NCBI GenBank assembly: GCA_016186995.1
Contig: JACPKQ010000020.1
Span: forward strand, 9,330-73,329
Length of the DNA stretch: 64,000 nucleotides
Direction: 5' to 3'
From: Deltaproteobacteria bacterium
GTDB taxonomy: Bacteria; Bdellovibrionota; JACOXK01
Made by a program: the position numbers and the translations under genes. Of this stretch, positions 29,409 through 39,162 are shown one piece after another (position 1 is the stretch's first letter; each line of letters starts with the position of its first letter). The notes beneath the pieces are model-generated. The model was not told the DNA's origin. It did not search any database and saw only the letters and a list, made by a program, of their open reading frames with translations.

Positions 29409-30512
29409 TCAAAAAGGTAATGCATCTTTCAAATCTTGTAAAAGATCACCCCCCTCTTTTGTTGGTTTTTTCAAGATATCTGTAATTTTTTGAAGTCGGC
29501 TTAACTGCTTTTGAAAAGCTTCTGCCACAGCTTGGCTAATACCACTTACCCAACTAAAGTTAGGATCTTTAATATCTCCATCAATTCTAAATCTAAGTTC
29601 AAGTTTGTCTCCTTGTGGACCTTGTATGAAAGCGAGAAAAGCGCCACCTAAAGCACTCGCAACATTTCGCCCTTGTTCAAGTTTTAACTTATGAAGTTGA
29701 AGCTCATGTTCAGATCGAAGGATGCTTCCCTGTAAATGCGCCTTTGAAGTTAAATGAGCTGTTCCACCTGTTGGATAAATATTAAAATAATTTCCTATAA
29801 GATCTCTTGTCACCGCAACAGTAACATCCTTTATTTTAAGTGTACTCTCTAGACTCAATTCCTTATTCTTTTTTGAAATGAAAGTACCTTGATAATCAAA
29901 TTGAGCCTTTTCGGGAACTCTCATTTTTAAAGTAAGAGGTACTTTCATGGGTTCTGGATACTTTACATTGTGTGCTGTTAAATATCCTTTATCAATGACG
30001 TATTCAAACTGAGTATCTGGAAATTTTTCCTGAAAACTAAATTTAAAATTATTAACCCACACATTTTCAACTGAAACAGTGTAATCAAATGGTTTTGCTT
30101 TTTTGGGGGAAGATTTTTCTTCTTTTACAGAAGCTGTTTTTCTTTGAGAGGCACTTAACTTAGAAAGATTAATATTATTTTTTTCTTTTTTAACATAAAT
30201 CCAAGGATCTTCAATTTTAACACCGTGAATAATAATTTTTTTCTTTAATAAAGGAAATAAATCAAAATTAACATGGGCCATTCCTAGTTTAAAAATAGAA
30301 TTTCCACGATCATGAATGTGAACATGGTTAACAGTTACAGTACCTTTTAAGAGTGAGACATTAAGACTTCCAATATTAAGCTCTGCTTGAGTTGCCTTTG
30401 CAAATTCTTTTTCAATAAATTTTTTAGCAACAAAAAGCCCACTATTTTTAACTAAAAAATACCCCCCAAAAACAAAAATAATAAAAATAACAAGAAACTT
30501 AATTTTTCTCAT
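29409..30512 (-). CDS. AsmA/DUF748-like envelope protein
   Basis: N-terminal TM, beta-rich body, IDGDIKDPNF motif. Confidence 0.7.
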   Translation of the reverse strand: MRKIKFLVIFIIFVFGGYFLVKNSGLFVAKKFIEKEFAKATQAELNIGSLNVSLLKGTVTVNHVHIHDRGNSIFKLGMAHVNFDLFPLLKKKIIIHGVKIEDPWIYVKKEKNNINLSKLSASQRKTASVKEEKSSPKKAKPFDYTVSVENVWVNNFKFSFQEKFPDTQFEYVIDKGYLTAHNVKYPEPMKVPLTLKMRVPEKAQFDYQGTFISKKNKELSLESTLKIKDVTVAVTRDLIGNYFNIYPTGGTAHLTSKAHLQGSILRSEHELQLHKLKLEQGRNVASALGGAFLAFIQGPQGDKLELRFRIDGDIKDPNFSWVSGISQAVAEAFQKQLSRLQKITDILKKPTKEGGDLLQDLKDALPF

Positions 30513-30598
30513 AACATCTCCTTCTTTATTGAATATCTCGGTTAGTTATTAGAAAATCTTAAACTCGGTTGTGTTCAAAAAGTCTGGGATCTTCATTC

Positions 30599-30673
30599 AC
30601 CCTCACCTCAGATCCTCTCCCCTCGAGGGAGAGGAAGGAAAGGAGAGGGGGACAGAATTCGAGTCCATGAGAG
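30599..30673 (+). repeat. Intergenic composite repeat (CCCTC hairpin + GACAGAATTCGA motif)
   Basis: ACCCTCACC...CCTCTCCC-CTCGA-GGGAGAGG then GACAGAATTCGAGTCCATGAGAG. Confidence 0.7.
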
Positions 30674-30715
30674 AATATCCCAATTCAGAAACAAGGTGGT
30701 AGAAAAAGATGGAAG

Positions 30716-32776
30716 CTACGCTTTTATGCCAAAGACTTTGAAGATGAAAGTATATTCTAAGGCAAAATCTTTGAGATATTCATAACGTCCAGAGGCACCA
30801 AAGTGGCCAGATCCCATTTTAATATAAAGAAGCTGATAGTTTTTATCTTTTTTAAGATCTCTTATTTTAGCAATCCATTTAGCAGGCTCCCAATAACACA
30901 CACGAGGATCATTAAGTCCTCCGGTAGCTAAAATATGGGGATACTCACCCTCTTTTAAATTATCATAAGGTGAATAAGACTTAATATACTCAAAATATTC
31001 CTTGTCTTTTGGGTTGCCCCACTCATCATACTCTATTTGTGTAAGTGGTAAGGTATCATCAAGCATTGTATTTAAGGCATCCACAAAGGGGACGTGTGCT
31101 ACGACTGCTTTAAAAAGCTCTGGCTTCATATTAAGTACAGCTCCTACTAAAAGCCCACCAGCACTTCCTCCTACAATGACAATTTTCCCCTTGGATGTAT
31201 AATTGTGAGAGATGAGCTCTTCTGCTGAAGAAACTAAATCTTTAAAAGTATTTTTCTTTTTCAAAAACTTTGCATCTTCGTACCAATACCGCCCCTTTTC
31301 AGTACCACCTCGAATATGGGCTAAAGCAAAAATAAAACCCCTTTCTAAAATAGAAATCCGATTGCTCGAAAACTGAGGATCAATACTAATACCATAAGCA
31401 CCATATCCATAAAGATAAACAGGGTTATTTCCATTTTTTTTAAGCCCTTTTTTATAAACAAGATCCATAGGTATCTTTTCCCCATCCCATGAAGTTGTAT
31501 AAATACGTTCTGTTTCATACAAAGAAGTGTCTACATTGGGTACAACTTTATCTTTCTTAAGTTCTTGTGTTTTTGTTTTCATATTATAATCAAAAACTTT
31601 AAGTGGTATGGTAGGAGACGTAAGCGTGTATCTTAAAATTGTTGTATCAAATTCAGGATTGGTAGAAAGAGAAAGCTTATAAACAGGTTCATCAACATGG
31701 ATGTAATGTTCTTTGGCTTCAACTAAATTGATTACTTTTATAAAAGTAAGGGCGTCTTTTCTTTCAAAAACTATCAGGTGTTCTTTAAAAGCCTCAATAT
31801 CAGCGATAAAAACGTCCTTTTGCGGTGCAATAATTTCTTTCCAGTTTTCTTGTTCTGGGTGGTCCACATGCACCTTACAAACACGAAAATTGGGGTGAAG
31901 ATCGTTTGTGAGAATAAAAAAATCTTCTCCATGATGCGCTAAATAATATTCATGTCCGCGTTTTCTTTTTTGAATGAGTCTTAGTTTTGAGTTAGAGTCG
32001 TCAGCATCTAAAATATGATTCTCTTGTGTCATAGCACCATGGATAGAGAGCACAAGATACTTTTCACTTCGTGTCTTATGACACCCTACAAACATTTCTG
32101 CTGTTTTTTCTTCATACACTTTTATATCTTTTTTAGGGTCTTCCCCTAGGCAATGTTTATAAACAGCATAAGGCCTGTGGTTTTTATCTAAAATACTATA
32201 CAAAAAGGTTTTATGGTCATTAAACCAAGCAATGCTTCCAGCGGTGTTTTCAATTTTTTCTGGAGCAAGCGTTCTACCCTCTAAATCTTTAATAAAAAGA
32301 GTGTATTTTTCACTTCCATCGAAATCACAACTATAAGCTAAAAGTTTGTGGTTAGAAGAAAGCGCAAAACCACCTAAAGAAAAAAATTTCTGCCCACAGG
32401 CCAACTCATTTAAATCTAAAATGATTTCTTCTTGTGGATTCCCGCTCTTGCCGGAATGACGTGGCGTACGGCAATAAATTTCATATTCTTTTCCCGCTTC
32501 GTAACGATAATAATAGTAATATTCACCATCTTTTTGAGGAACTGAAGATTCATTTTCAAGAATTCTTGACTTAAGCTCTGTAAATAAATTTTCACGAAGT
32601 TCTTTTTCTGGTTCTAAAATAGATTCTGTATATTTATTTTCGGCTTCTAAATAGTGAGTCACCTGAGGGTTTTCTTTTTCTCGAAGCCAAAAGTAAGGAT
32701 CTTCGAGTATTTCTCCATGTATTTTTGTAGTATGATTTTTTTTCTCTGGTTGGGGTGCTTTTAACGCTTCTTTCAT
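30716..32776 (-). CDS. ptrB: Oligopeptidase B (S9A)
   Basis: DPYFWLRE, GGSAGG nucleophile, DPRV, GH. Confidence 0.93.
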   Translation of the reverse strand: MKEALKAPQPEKKNHTTKIHGEILEDPYFWLREKENPQVTHYLEAENKYTESILEPEKELRENLFTELKSRILENESSVPQKDGEYYYYYRYEAGKEYEIYCRTPRHSGKSGNPQEEIILDLNELACGQKFFSLGGFALSSNHKLLAYSCDFDGSEKYTLFIKDLEGRTLAPEKIENTAGSIAWFNDHKTFLYSILDKNHRPYAVYKHCLGEDPKKDIKVYEEKTAEMFVGCHKTRSEKYLVLSIHGAMTQENHILDADDSNSKLRLIQKRKRGHEYYLAHHGEDFFILTNDLHPNFRVCKVHVDHPEQENWKEIIAPQKDVFIADIEAFKEHLIVFERKDALTFIKVINLVEAKEHYIHVDEPVYKLSLSTNPEFDTTILRYTLTSPTIPLKVFDYNMKTKTQELKKDKVVPNVDTSLYETERIYTTSWDGEKIPMDLVYKKGLKKNGNNPVYLYGYGAYGISIDPQFSSNRISILERGFIFALAHIRGGTEKGRYWYEDAKFLKKKNTFKDLVSSAEELISHNYTSKGKIVIVGGSAGGLLVGAVLNMKPELFKAVVAHVPFVDALNTMLDDTLPLTQIEYDEWGNPKDKEYFEYIKSYSPYDNLKEGEYPHILATGGLNDPRVCYWEPAKWIAKIRDLKKDKNYQLLYIKMGSGHFGASGRYEYLKDFALEYTFIFKVFGIKA
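32435..32460 (-). repeat. GTCA-footed palindromic repeat, in frame in ptrB
   Basis: Minus strand GTCATTCCGGCAAGAGCGGGAATCCA encodes RHSGKSGNP. Confidence 0.75.
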
Positions 32777-32861
32777 AGAAAAGAATATTCTTTCATAAGA
32801 GCCTGTAAGTCAAAATAAATTTGGTTTTAAAGATTCAATAGGTTTTCAGATCATTTTAGAT

Positions 32862-33155
32862 TCATTTTGCTTCTTTTATTTTCTGAACCTGGTTACCTAG
32901 CTTGGAAAGAGCTAGATCAATAGAGGAATACATATCTGGGGATACCCCCTCAGCATAAAACTTCATATTGCGACCATAAAGTGTAATACATGCACTGTGT
33001 TCTTTCTTTTCAACATTAAAGACACAATTAACTGCTTCAACTTGGTTGCAATTTTTTTGAAGAGCCTTTAACTTCTCCCGAAGGTATTTCTCTATTGCAA
33101 GGGATTTTCTTAAATGATGCCTAAATGTAAGTTGTATTTTAAAGTTCTCTTTCAT
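32862..33155 (-). CDS. hpf: Ribosome hibernation factor (short HPF/RaiA)
   Basis: IQLTFRH, DMYSSIDLA..KL..Q; likely start 33155. Confidence 0.8.
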   Translation of the reverse strand: MKENFKIQLTFRHHLRKSLAIEKYLREKLKALQKNCNQVEAVNCVFNVEKKEHSACITLYGRNMKFYAEGVSPDMYSSIDLALSKLGNQVQKIKEAK

Positions 33156-33189
33156 ACTCACACTCAACAATAAAAATAAACAAAAAAAT

Positions 33190-33203
33190 ATGACGAAGAT
33201 CAT
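33190..33203. promoter_or_regulatory. Candidate Crp/Fnr box upstream of hpf
   Basis: ATGACGAAGATCAT matches the other three boxes, but lacks the matching -10 spacing. Confidence 0.45.
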
Positions 33204-33215
33204 ATATTTAACTTT

Positions 33216-33875
33216 TTACTGTTCAAGGAACTGCTGCTTGAGAACCGTAATGGATTTAGCCTTTGTTTTAATAAAACCCTTCTTTTTCCAGTCAGAAAAA
33301 ACCCTAATAACTGTTTCTGGACGGGCTCCAATAAGAGAGGCGATTTCTTCTCTTGAAAGCAACAATTGTTGCTCACAATTTATATTTCTAAAAATCATTT
33401 TCAAAAAATGGGCTAAACGCTGCTCAACCGTTTTATCAGCTAGGTCAGTAAATTTCTCCTCAGCCTGTCTTAATTCAACGCACACCATTTTTAGAAACTC
33501 AAACCCTAGGTTTGGGTATTCTTTAAAAACCTTTTCAATTCCCTCTTTTTTAACAAAACAAAGTGTTGTTTCACTCACAGCCTGAGCCGAAGCTTGATAT
33601 TTTTCACCGGAAAAAAAAGATCTATACCCAAGCATTTCACTCCCTTGCGAAAGAAGAAGAATTTGTTCTTTTCCACTTTCGGTTGTTTTAATAACTTTGA
33701 CAACACCAGAAAACGTACAGTAAAAACCTTGAGGTGTTTCTCCTTGTCGAAAAATATAATCCCCCTTTTTATAGGTTTGGGTTGATTTGTATTGATTAAG
33801 GGTTTTCAGTTCAAGTTCTTTTAAAGAACAAAAAAGCCCGTACAGCCTAGGAAGACAATCATTACAATCGATCAT
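33216..33875 (-). CDS. Crp/Fnr-family regulator
   Basis: N-terminal CNDC...C, cNMP-like domain, HTH SREEIASLIGARPETVIR; likely start 33875. Confidence 0.9.
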   Translation of the reverse strand: MIDCNDCLPRLYGLFCSLKELELKTLNQYKSTQTYKKGDYIFRQGETPQGFYCTFSGVVKVIKTTESGKEQILLLSQGSEMLGYRSFFSGEKYQASAQAVSETTLCFVKKEGIEKVFKEYPNLGFEFLKMVCVELRQAEEKFTDLADKTVEQRLAHFLKMIFRNINCEQQLLLSREEIASLIGARPETVIRVFSDWKKKGFIKTKAKSITVLKQQFLEQ

Positions 33876-33943
33876 ATTTTTTGTTTCCACTAGAGCGGAT
33901 ATATCATGAGCACAAAGATTCTGTTCAAAAAAACACTCCAAAC

Positions 33944-33986
33944 ATGATCTATATCATTTTTTTATTTCACTTTTTGAGATTATACT
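33944..33986 (+). promoter_or_regulatory. Class II Crp/Fnr-dependent promoter for the nrf operon
   Basis: ATGATCTATATCAT, 23 nt, then TATACT. Confidence 0.7.
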
Positions 33987-33999
33987 TGTTCTCATTAGT

Positions 34000-34410
34000 A
34001 TGAGTAAGTATTCAAGACTTTTTACCATTACAAGCTTGCTTTATCTTTTACTTGCCTCTCTCATGGGCTTAACCATGGCAACCAATCCTTCTATGGCAGG
34101 ACTTCTTCGATTTCCTCACATTCACACAATGATGATTGGCTGGGTTTCCATGATGATTTTTGGTTTGGCATATCATGTTGTACCCCGCTTTGCAGGAAGC
34201 CCCCTTATTAAAGACAGATGGCAAGGAATTCACTTTTGGTGCGCTAACATTGCCCTTTTAGGAATGATCTTAACCCCACAATCTTCATTTGTCTTTTTTG
34301 CTGTTTTTGGATCACTTCAAGGCGTAGGAATTCTTATCTTTGTTTTTACAATGCTTCGAGCTCTTAAATTTAAAATGCCTTCAAAACCTTGTTGCAACTC
34401 TTGTCAGTAA
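34000..34410 (+). CDS. Small membrane protein resembling a haem-copper oxidase subunit I fragment
   Basis: HIHTMMIGWVSMMIFGLAYHVVPRF, four TMs, CCNSC tail. Confidence 0.65.
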   Translation: MSKYSRLFTITSLLYLLLASLMGLTMATNPSMAGLLRFPHIHTMMIGWVSMMIFGLAYHVVPRFAGSPLIKDRWQGIHFWCANIALLGMILTPQSSFVFFAVFGSLQGVGILIFVFTMLRALKFKMPSKPCCNSCQ

Positions 34411-34459
34411 TGACCCTCTCTTAAGAAATTTTGAATTTGAAAGTTTTTGAGGAATTGCT

Positions 34460-34912
34460 ATGCTAAGACTATTGATGAAAAACGGGGCCATTTTATTATT
34501 TTTTTCGATACCATTAGGAATAGGCCTTTATCTCTTCGTTTATGCCAAAGGGTATTCGTACCTAACCAATAATCCAGAAACCTGCATGAACTGCCATGTG
34601 ATGAGGGATCAATTTTCTACCTGGAATAAATCTTCGCATCATACCATTGCCTCTTGTCAAGATTGCCACATGTCAGGATCCATTCTCAATAAAATAAAGA
34701 TAAAAATTTCTAATGGATTTTGGCACTCATGGGCCTTTACAACAGGCCGCTTCAAAGAACCCATCCGAATTAAAGAGCATAATATGAAGATTGTTGAAAA
34801 TTCATGTTTTCATTGTCATAGTGAATTATTGCAGTCATCCAATATCGGGGCTCATAAAGCAAAAGCACTCTCTTGCATGCAGTGCCATCAGGGTGTGGGA
34901 CATATAAAATGA
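34460..34912 (+). CDS. nrfH: Cytochrome c nitrite reductase small subunit
   Basis: TM anchor, CMNCHVM, CQDCH, CFHCH, CMQCH..VGH. Confidence 0.92.
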   Translation: MLRLLMKNGAILLFFSIPLGIGLYLFVYAKGYSYLTNNPETCMNCHVMRDQFSTWNKSSHHTIASCQDCHMSGSILNKIKIKISNGFWHSWAFTTGRFKEPIRIKEHNMKIVENSCFHCHSELLQSSNIGAHKAKALSCMQCHQGVGHIK

Positions 34913-36285
34913 TTCTGAAGAAAAAAATAGTTTTATGGAGTTTTGTTTTTATTATTTTAATGGGTGCTACCATACTTTCTGTAGTGCTTCTTGTAGATAT
35001 TTTTGAAAAAAAACAAGAATCCAAAAATCCATTTTATCGTGTTGTTGATCTCACACATGAAACGGAAGACCCTGTTATTTGGGGAAAGAATTTTCCCCAT
35101 CAATACGATGGTTATAAAAGAACAGTAGATCAAATCAGAACTCGCTATGGAGGAAGTGAAGCTATTCCCAAAACACCTTCGGATGTGGATCCTCGCTCTG
35201 TTGTAGCCCAATCTAAAATTGAAGAAGATCCCAGGTTGAAAAGAATGTGGGCGGGATACGCTTTTTCAATTGATTTTAGAGAGGAACGCGGGCATGCCTT
35301 CATGCTCGACGATCAAACTTATACAGAACGCCAGAAAGTTGGGCAACCAGGAACATGTATCAATTGCCATGCATCAACCTATGTCCCCATGATGAAATTG
35401 GGCAAAGGAAATATTATGCATGGCTTTGAACAATTGAATCAAATGCCCTATTCAGAAGCAAGAAAATGGGTCAAACATCCTGTCACTTGTATTGATTGTC
35501 ATGATCCAAAAACGATGGAGCTACGAGTCACTCGCCCTGCATTCATGGAGGGAATTGCATCATATAAATCCAAAGATGGTATAAAAAATTATGAGGTCAA
35601 TAAGACTGCAACTCGACAAGAAATGAGAACGTTTGTATGTGCTCAATGCCATGTCGAATATTATTTTAAGGGAAAGGAAAAAAGACTTACCTATCCATGG
35701 TCAAAGGGGCTCAAGGGAGATGAAATACTCGCCTATTATGATGATCTTCAATTTAAAGACTGGGTTCATAAAGAAACCGGGGCAGACGTTTTAAAAGCAC
35801 AACATCCAGAATTTGAAATGTGGAGCCAGGGCATTCATGCAAAATCTAATGTCTCTTGCTCTGACTGTCACATGCCCTACCAACGCGTAGGTGCAATGAA
35901 AATAACCGATCACCACGTCAAAAGTCCGTTGCTTACAATCACAAGGTCGTGTCAAACCTGTCACCGATTGCCAGAGGCAGAACTTCGTGCACGGGTTGAA
36001 ACCATTCAGAATCGCACCTTTGAAATGCGTAACCGCACCATGGATGCATTGATGGAACTTATTTCTGATATTAAGGCCACCAAAGAATTATCAACAATTC
36101 ATCCAAACTTAACAAAAGCACGAAACTATCAAAGAAAAGCACAGTTTCTGCTAGATTTCGTTGAAGCCGAAAATTCAACAGGCTTTCATGCCCCTCAAGA
36201 GGCTGCAAGGTTACTCAACCAATCACTCGATTATATTCGAAAAGGGCAAGTAAGTTTAAGAAAAAACTCTTCTACTCAAAAATAG
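34909..36285 (+). CDS. nrfA: Ammonia-forming cytochrome c nitrite reductase (CxxCH variant)
   Basis: WAGYAF...RGH, five CxxCH, CHVEYYF, KAQHPEFE, ENSTGFHAP. Confidence 0.93.
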   Translation: MILKKKIVLWSFVFIILMGATILSVVLLVDIFEKKQESKNPFYRVVDLTHETEDPVIWGKNFPHQYDGYKRTVDQIRTRYGGSEAIPKTPSDVDPRSVVAQSKIEEDPRLKRMWAGYAFSIDFREERGHAFMLDDQTYTERQKVGQPGTCINCHASTYVPMMKLGKGNIMHGFEQLNQMPYSEARKWVKHPVTCIDCHDPKTMELRVTRPAFMEGIASYKSKDGIKNYEVNKTATRQEMRTFVCAQCHVEYYFKGKEKRLTYPWSKGLKGDEILAYYDDLQFKDWVHKETGADVLKAQHPEFEMWSQGIHAKSNVSCSDCHMPYQRVGAMKITDHHVKSPLLTITRSCQTCHRLPEAELRARVETIQNRTFEMRNRTMDALMELISDIKATKELSTIHPNLTKARNYQRKAQFLLDFVEAENSTGFHAPQEAARLLNQSLDYIRKGQVSLRKNSSTQK

Positions 36286-36287
36286 CT

Positions 36288-36875
36288 CTACTCATTCACA
36301 TAAGCCCTTGGCCTATTAAAATTTTCGAAGTAACTCATATTGACTTTCTTATCACCCATATCAAAAAGGCTTACAAAAAGCTTTTTCGAAACAGGAAGGC
36401 TATATAAAAATGCCTTTAATGAAGCTCTTTTTTCAAAGGAAAATATTTTCAATGTGTCATAAAAACTTTTTGGATAGATCCCAATGAGCGGCTCTAAACG
36501 AGTTGTATAAGGAACAACAATTTTGTTTGGATCTTTCAAAAGAGCCAAAGATTTAAGATATTCGACTGGTAGATTCGGTACATCACAAGGCAAAACAAAA
36601 ACAAAGGGTGTTTTTGAATATTTTAATGCGGAAAGCACGCCAGCTAGAGGCCCTTCGACTTCTAAATCATCAAAAATATGAGGATATGGAGTCAAAGGTG
36701 ATGGGGGAGAATCTCTAAAAACACACACTGTTTCAAAGCAAATCTGATTTAAATTTTGAAAACTAATCTCTAAAAGAGTTTTTCCTTTGTGTTGAAATAA
36801 CCTTTTGTCAGATCCAAAGCGCTTGGACTTTCCTCCACAGATGAGAGCTCCAGTCATATCCTGAAACTTATTCAT
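36288..36875 (-). CDS. mobA: Molybdenum cofactor guanylyltransferase
   Basis: GGKSKRFGSDK, GPLAGV, PCDVP. Confidence 0.9.
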   Translation of the reverse strand: MNKFQDMTGALICGGKSKRFGSDKRLFQHKGKTLLEISFQNLNQICFETVCVFRDSPPSPLTPYPHIFDDLEVEGPLAGVLSALKYSKTPFVFVLPCDVPNLPVEYLKSLALLKDPNKIVVPYTTRLEPLIGIYPKSFYDTLKIFSFEKRASLKAFLYSLPVSKKLFVSLFDMGDKKVNMSYFENFNRPRAYVNE

Positions 36876-37296
36876 GTTGGCATTGTACCCCTAACCATAA
36901 ACTTCCATCTTCATAAAATTCTTTTTTCCAAAGTGGCACAGTTTTTTTCAAAGATCTCATTATGAATTGAGAAGCCTCGTAGGCTTCTTTTCGATGAAAG
37001 GATGAAATAAGCAGTGCTACTGCCGTTTCTCCTACACAAAGTCTGCCCACACGATGCACAAAAATACATTTTTCAAAAGGCCATTTGTGAAAAGCTTCTT
37101 CCACAATCTTGTGCATTTCTTTTTCTGCCATTTCTTTATAAGCGCTATACTCAAGAGAAAGAACTTTTTTACTTTCGTTATGGTTTCTAACCTTTCCTAG
37201 AAAACAAAGCGTAGCACCACAAGTAGGACTCCACACCCAGTCTTCCAACCTTGAAACGTCAATTTTTTCTTCGGTTATAAAAACTTTGCTTTCCAT
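36868..37296 (-). CDS. moaE: Molybdopterin synthase large subunit
   Basis: GKVRNHN, HRVG, HRKEA, PLWKKE. Confidence 0.93.
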   Translation of the reverse strand: MESKVFITEEKIDVSRLEDWVWSPTCGATLCFLGKVRNHNESKKVLSLEYSAYKEMAEKEMHKIVEEAFHKWPFEKCIFVHRVGRLCVGETAVALLISSFHRKEAYEASQFIMRSLKKTVPLWKKEFYEDGSLWLGVQCQHE

Positions 37297-37299
37297 AGA

Positions 37300-37545
37300 C
37301 TATCCTCCTGATACCGGAGGAACAAAAATGAGTTCGTCTCCTTCTTGTAGTACATGAGTTTTATCAACATACTCTTGATTCACAGCAAAAAGGGTTGAAG
37401 ATAAAAGCTTTTCTTTGAGAGGTGAGCTTTTTAAAAGCATTTTAAAAACATCTTCTACGTTCAAAGGTTTTTCTAAAACTATTTCTTCACACTCTTTTTT
37501 GAAATAATCTCTGTAAAATGCAAAATATTTTATTTTAATTTTCAT
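37300..37545 (-). CDS. moaD: Molybdopterin synthase sulfur carrier
   Basis: C-terminal PPVSGG; start 37545 overlaps moeB stop. Confidence 0.92.
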   Translation of the reverse strand: MKIKIKYFAFYRDYFKKECEEIVLEKPLNVEDVFKMLLKSSPLKEKLLSSTLFAVNQEYVDKTHVLQEGDELIFVPPVSGG

Positions 37546-38639
37546 AAGATTGCCACGTCGTCTTCGACTCCTCGCAATGACAGAGGGGCTTTGATTGCCA
37601 CGTTGCTGCACTCCTCGCAATGACGAAGTGTGTCATAGCCCTGATCCAAAATAAAAACATTTTTAAAACCATTTTCTTCTAAAACTCCTTTTGCAAAGGG
37701 GGTTTTAAGATGTTTTTCACAATAAAGCACATAGGTTTTATCCTTATCATAATTCTTGAGCGCGTCAGGCGATTGCAATAACGACCGATATGAAAGATGC
37801 TCGGCCCCTTCTAGGGCATCTTTTTCATATTGTTCACGTTCACGAATATCTAAAAGAATAATATTTTTGTCCTTTTTTTTCCAATTTAAATAGGTGTTAT
37901 AAGATATTTCGGGAAGAGAAGTACGACCATTCAAGCAATTTTTATTTTTCTTGATTTTTATTTTACTCACTTCAAAGTTTTTTGTATCAATCAAATAAAG
38001 AAAAGACTGGTTCCCCTCCGGAAAAAGGATTTCTTGCAAAACAAGCTGGGCTTGGAACATCGCAACCATACCCACACTTGGCCCCAAAACGCCACTTTCA
38101 TTGCAATTTTGAAAAAGTCCTTCTTCAATGTTAGGGAAAATACAATTCAAACAAGGGCCTCGACTTCGAAACACAGCACATTCTCCGTGCCACTGATCAA
38201 TACTCCCATACACCCATGTTTTGTTATTCTGTTTACAAAAATTATTAATCAAAAAGCGCGTTTTGAAATTATCTGTTCCATCTACTACAATATCAACATT
38301 AGATAAAATTTTATCAATATTATTTTTCTGGAGATGAATCGGAAAAGATTCAACACTTATTGTTGAGTTGAGTTCTTTTATTTTTTTATGCATCGCATGA
38401 GCTTTGTTTTCTTTAATATCTTTTTCAGAAAATAAAATTTGGCGATGAAGATTGGACAACTCAACACTATCACCATCAATAAGTTTTATTCGCCCAACTC
38501 CAGCGGGAGCAAGATAAGAGGCTATTACGTTTCCAAGCCCTCCTACACCTACAACAGCAACACTTGCAGCGTTCAGTTTTTTTTGACCTGCTTCGCCTAT
38601 TTCCGAAAGCTTGATTTGCTTTTCGTATCTATTTTGCAT
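37542..38639 (-). CDS. moeB: MoeB/ThiF adenylyltransferase fused to rhodanese domain
   Basis: GVGGLG, SNLHRQ, DGTDNF, CLNC, C-terminal LDIRE...YC. Confidence 0.9.
   Translation of the reverse strand: MQNRYEKQIKLSEIGEAGQKKLNAASVAVVGVGGLGNVIASYLAPAGVGRIKLIDGDSVELSNLHRQILFSEKDIKENKAHAMHKKIKELNSTISVESFPIHLQKNNIDKILSNVDIVVDGTDNFKTRFLINNFCKQNNKTWVYGSIDQWHGECAVFRSRGPCLNCIFPNIEEGLFQNCNESGVLGPSVGMVAMFQAQLVLQEILFPEGNQSFLYLIDTKNFEVSKIKIKKNKNCLNGRTSLPEISYNTYLNWKKKDKNIILLDIREREQYEKDALEGAEHLSYRSLLQSPDALKNYDKDKTYVLYCEKHLKTPFAKGVLEENGFKNVFILDQGYDTLRHCEECSNVAIKAPLSLRGVEDDVAIL
37547..37624 (-). repeat. Tandem pair of GTCATTGCGAG repeats encoding the MoeB C-terminus
   Basis: Copies at 37547-37581 and 37593-37624. 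Confidence 0.85.
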
Positions 38640-38640
38640 A

Positions 38641-39162
38641 TTAATTAGATTTAGATCCCCGCCTCCGCGGGGATGACGGGGACGGATGCTCTGCTGTTCC
38701 TCTTAAAATTCCCAAACCATGTTCCAAAACTGGCATCAGAATTTCTAAAGATTCTTCTACCCCACGAGAAGAGCCTGGAAGATTAATAATAAGTGAGTTT
38801 TTACGAAGCCCCGCTATGGCGCGTGATAAAAGAGCCAAGGGTGTTTTTTTAAAACCCTCGAGTCGCATCACCTCTCCAAAACCAGGAACCTCCCGTTCAA
38901 TCACTTTCTTTGTGGCCTCAGGAGTAATATCTCTTTTTGAAAAACCTGTTCCTCCTGTAGTTAAGATAAGCCCCACACTCATTTCATCTACAAGTTTCTT
39001 TAAGTGGTTTTCAATAATATCCATTTCATCTGGAATGACTTCATAAGAAACAAGCTTGCAACTTGTATTCTTAAACATTTCTTGAATAATCTTGCCACTT
39101 TTATCAATACGCTTTCCTTCAGAACAACGATCACTGACTGTAACAATAGCTAAAGTCATCAT
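38641..39162 (-). CDS. mog: MogA/MoaB molybdopterin adenylyltransferase
   Basis: VSDR, DKSG, TTGGTG..RDITPEAT, NLPGS. Confidence 0.9.
   Translation of the reverse strand: MMTLAIVTVSDRCSEGKRIDKSGKIIQEMFKNTSCKLVSYEVIPDEMDIIENHLKKLVDEMSVGLILTTGGTGFSKRDITPEATKKVIEREVPGFGEVMRLEGFKKTPLALLSRAIAGLRKNSLIINLPGSSRGVEESLEILMPVLEHGLGILRGTAEHPSPSSPRRRGSKSN
38653..38677 (-). repeat. GTCA-footed repeat encoding the MogA C-terminus
   Basis: Minus strand GTCATCCCCGCGGAGGCGGGGATCT encodes SSPRRRGS. Confidence 0.82.

Noticed and set aside
37546-37620. N-terminal extension of MoaD (MRGVQQ...RSRRRRGNL)
   Set aside because: Alternative-frame reading of the tandem repeat; ATG 37545 gives a normal-length MoaD coupled to moeB.
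37547-37624. Tandem repeats as a possible mini-CRISPR
   Set aside because: Two units with an 11-nt spacer, no cas genes, and the same unit is dispersed elsewhere.
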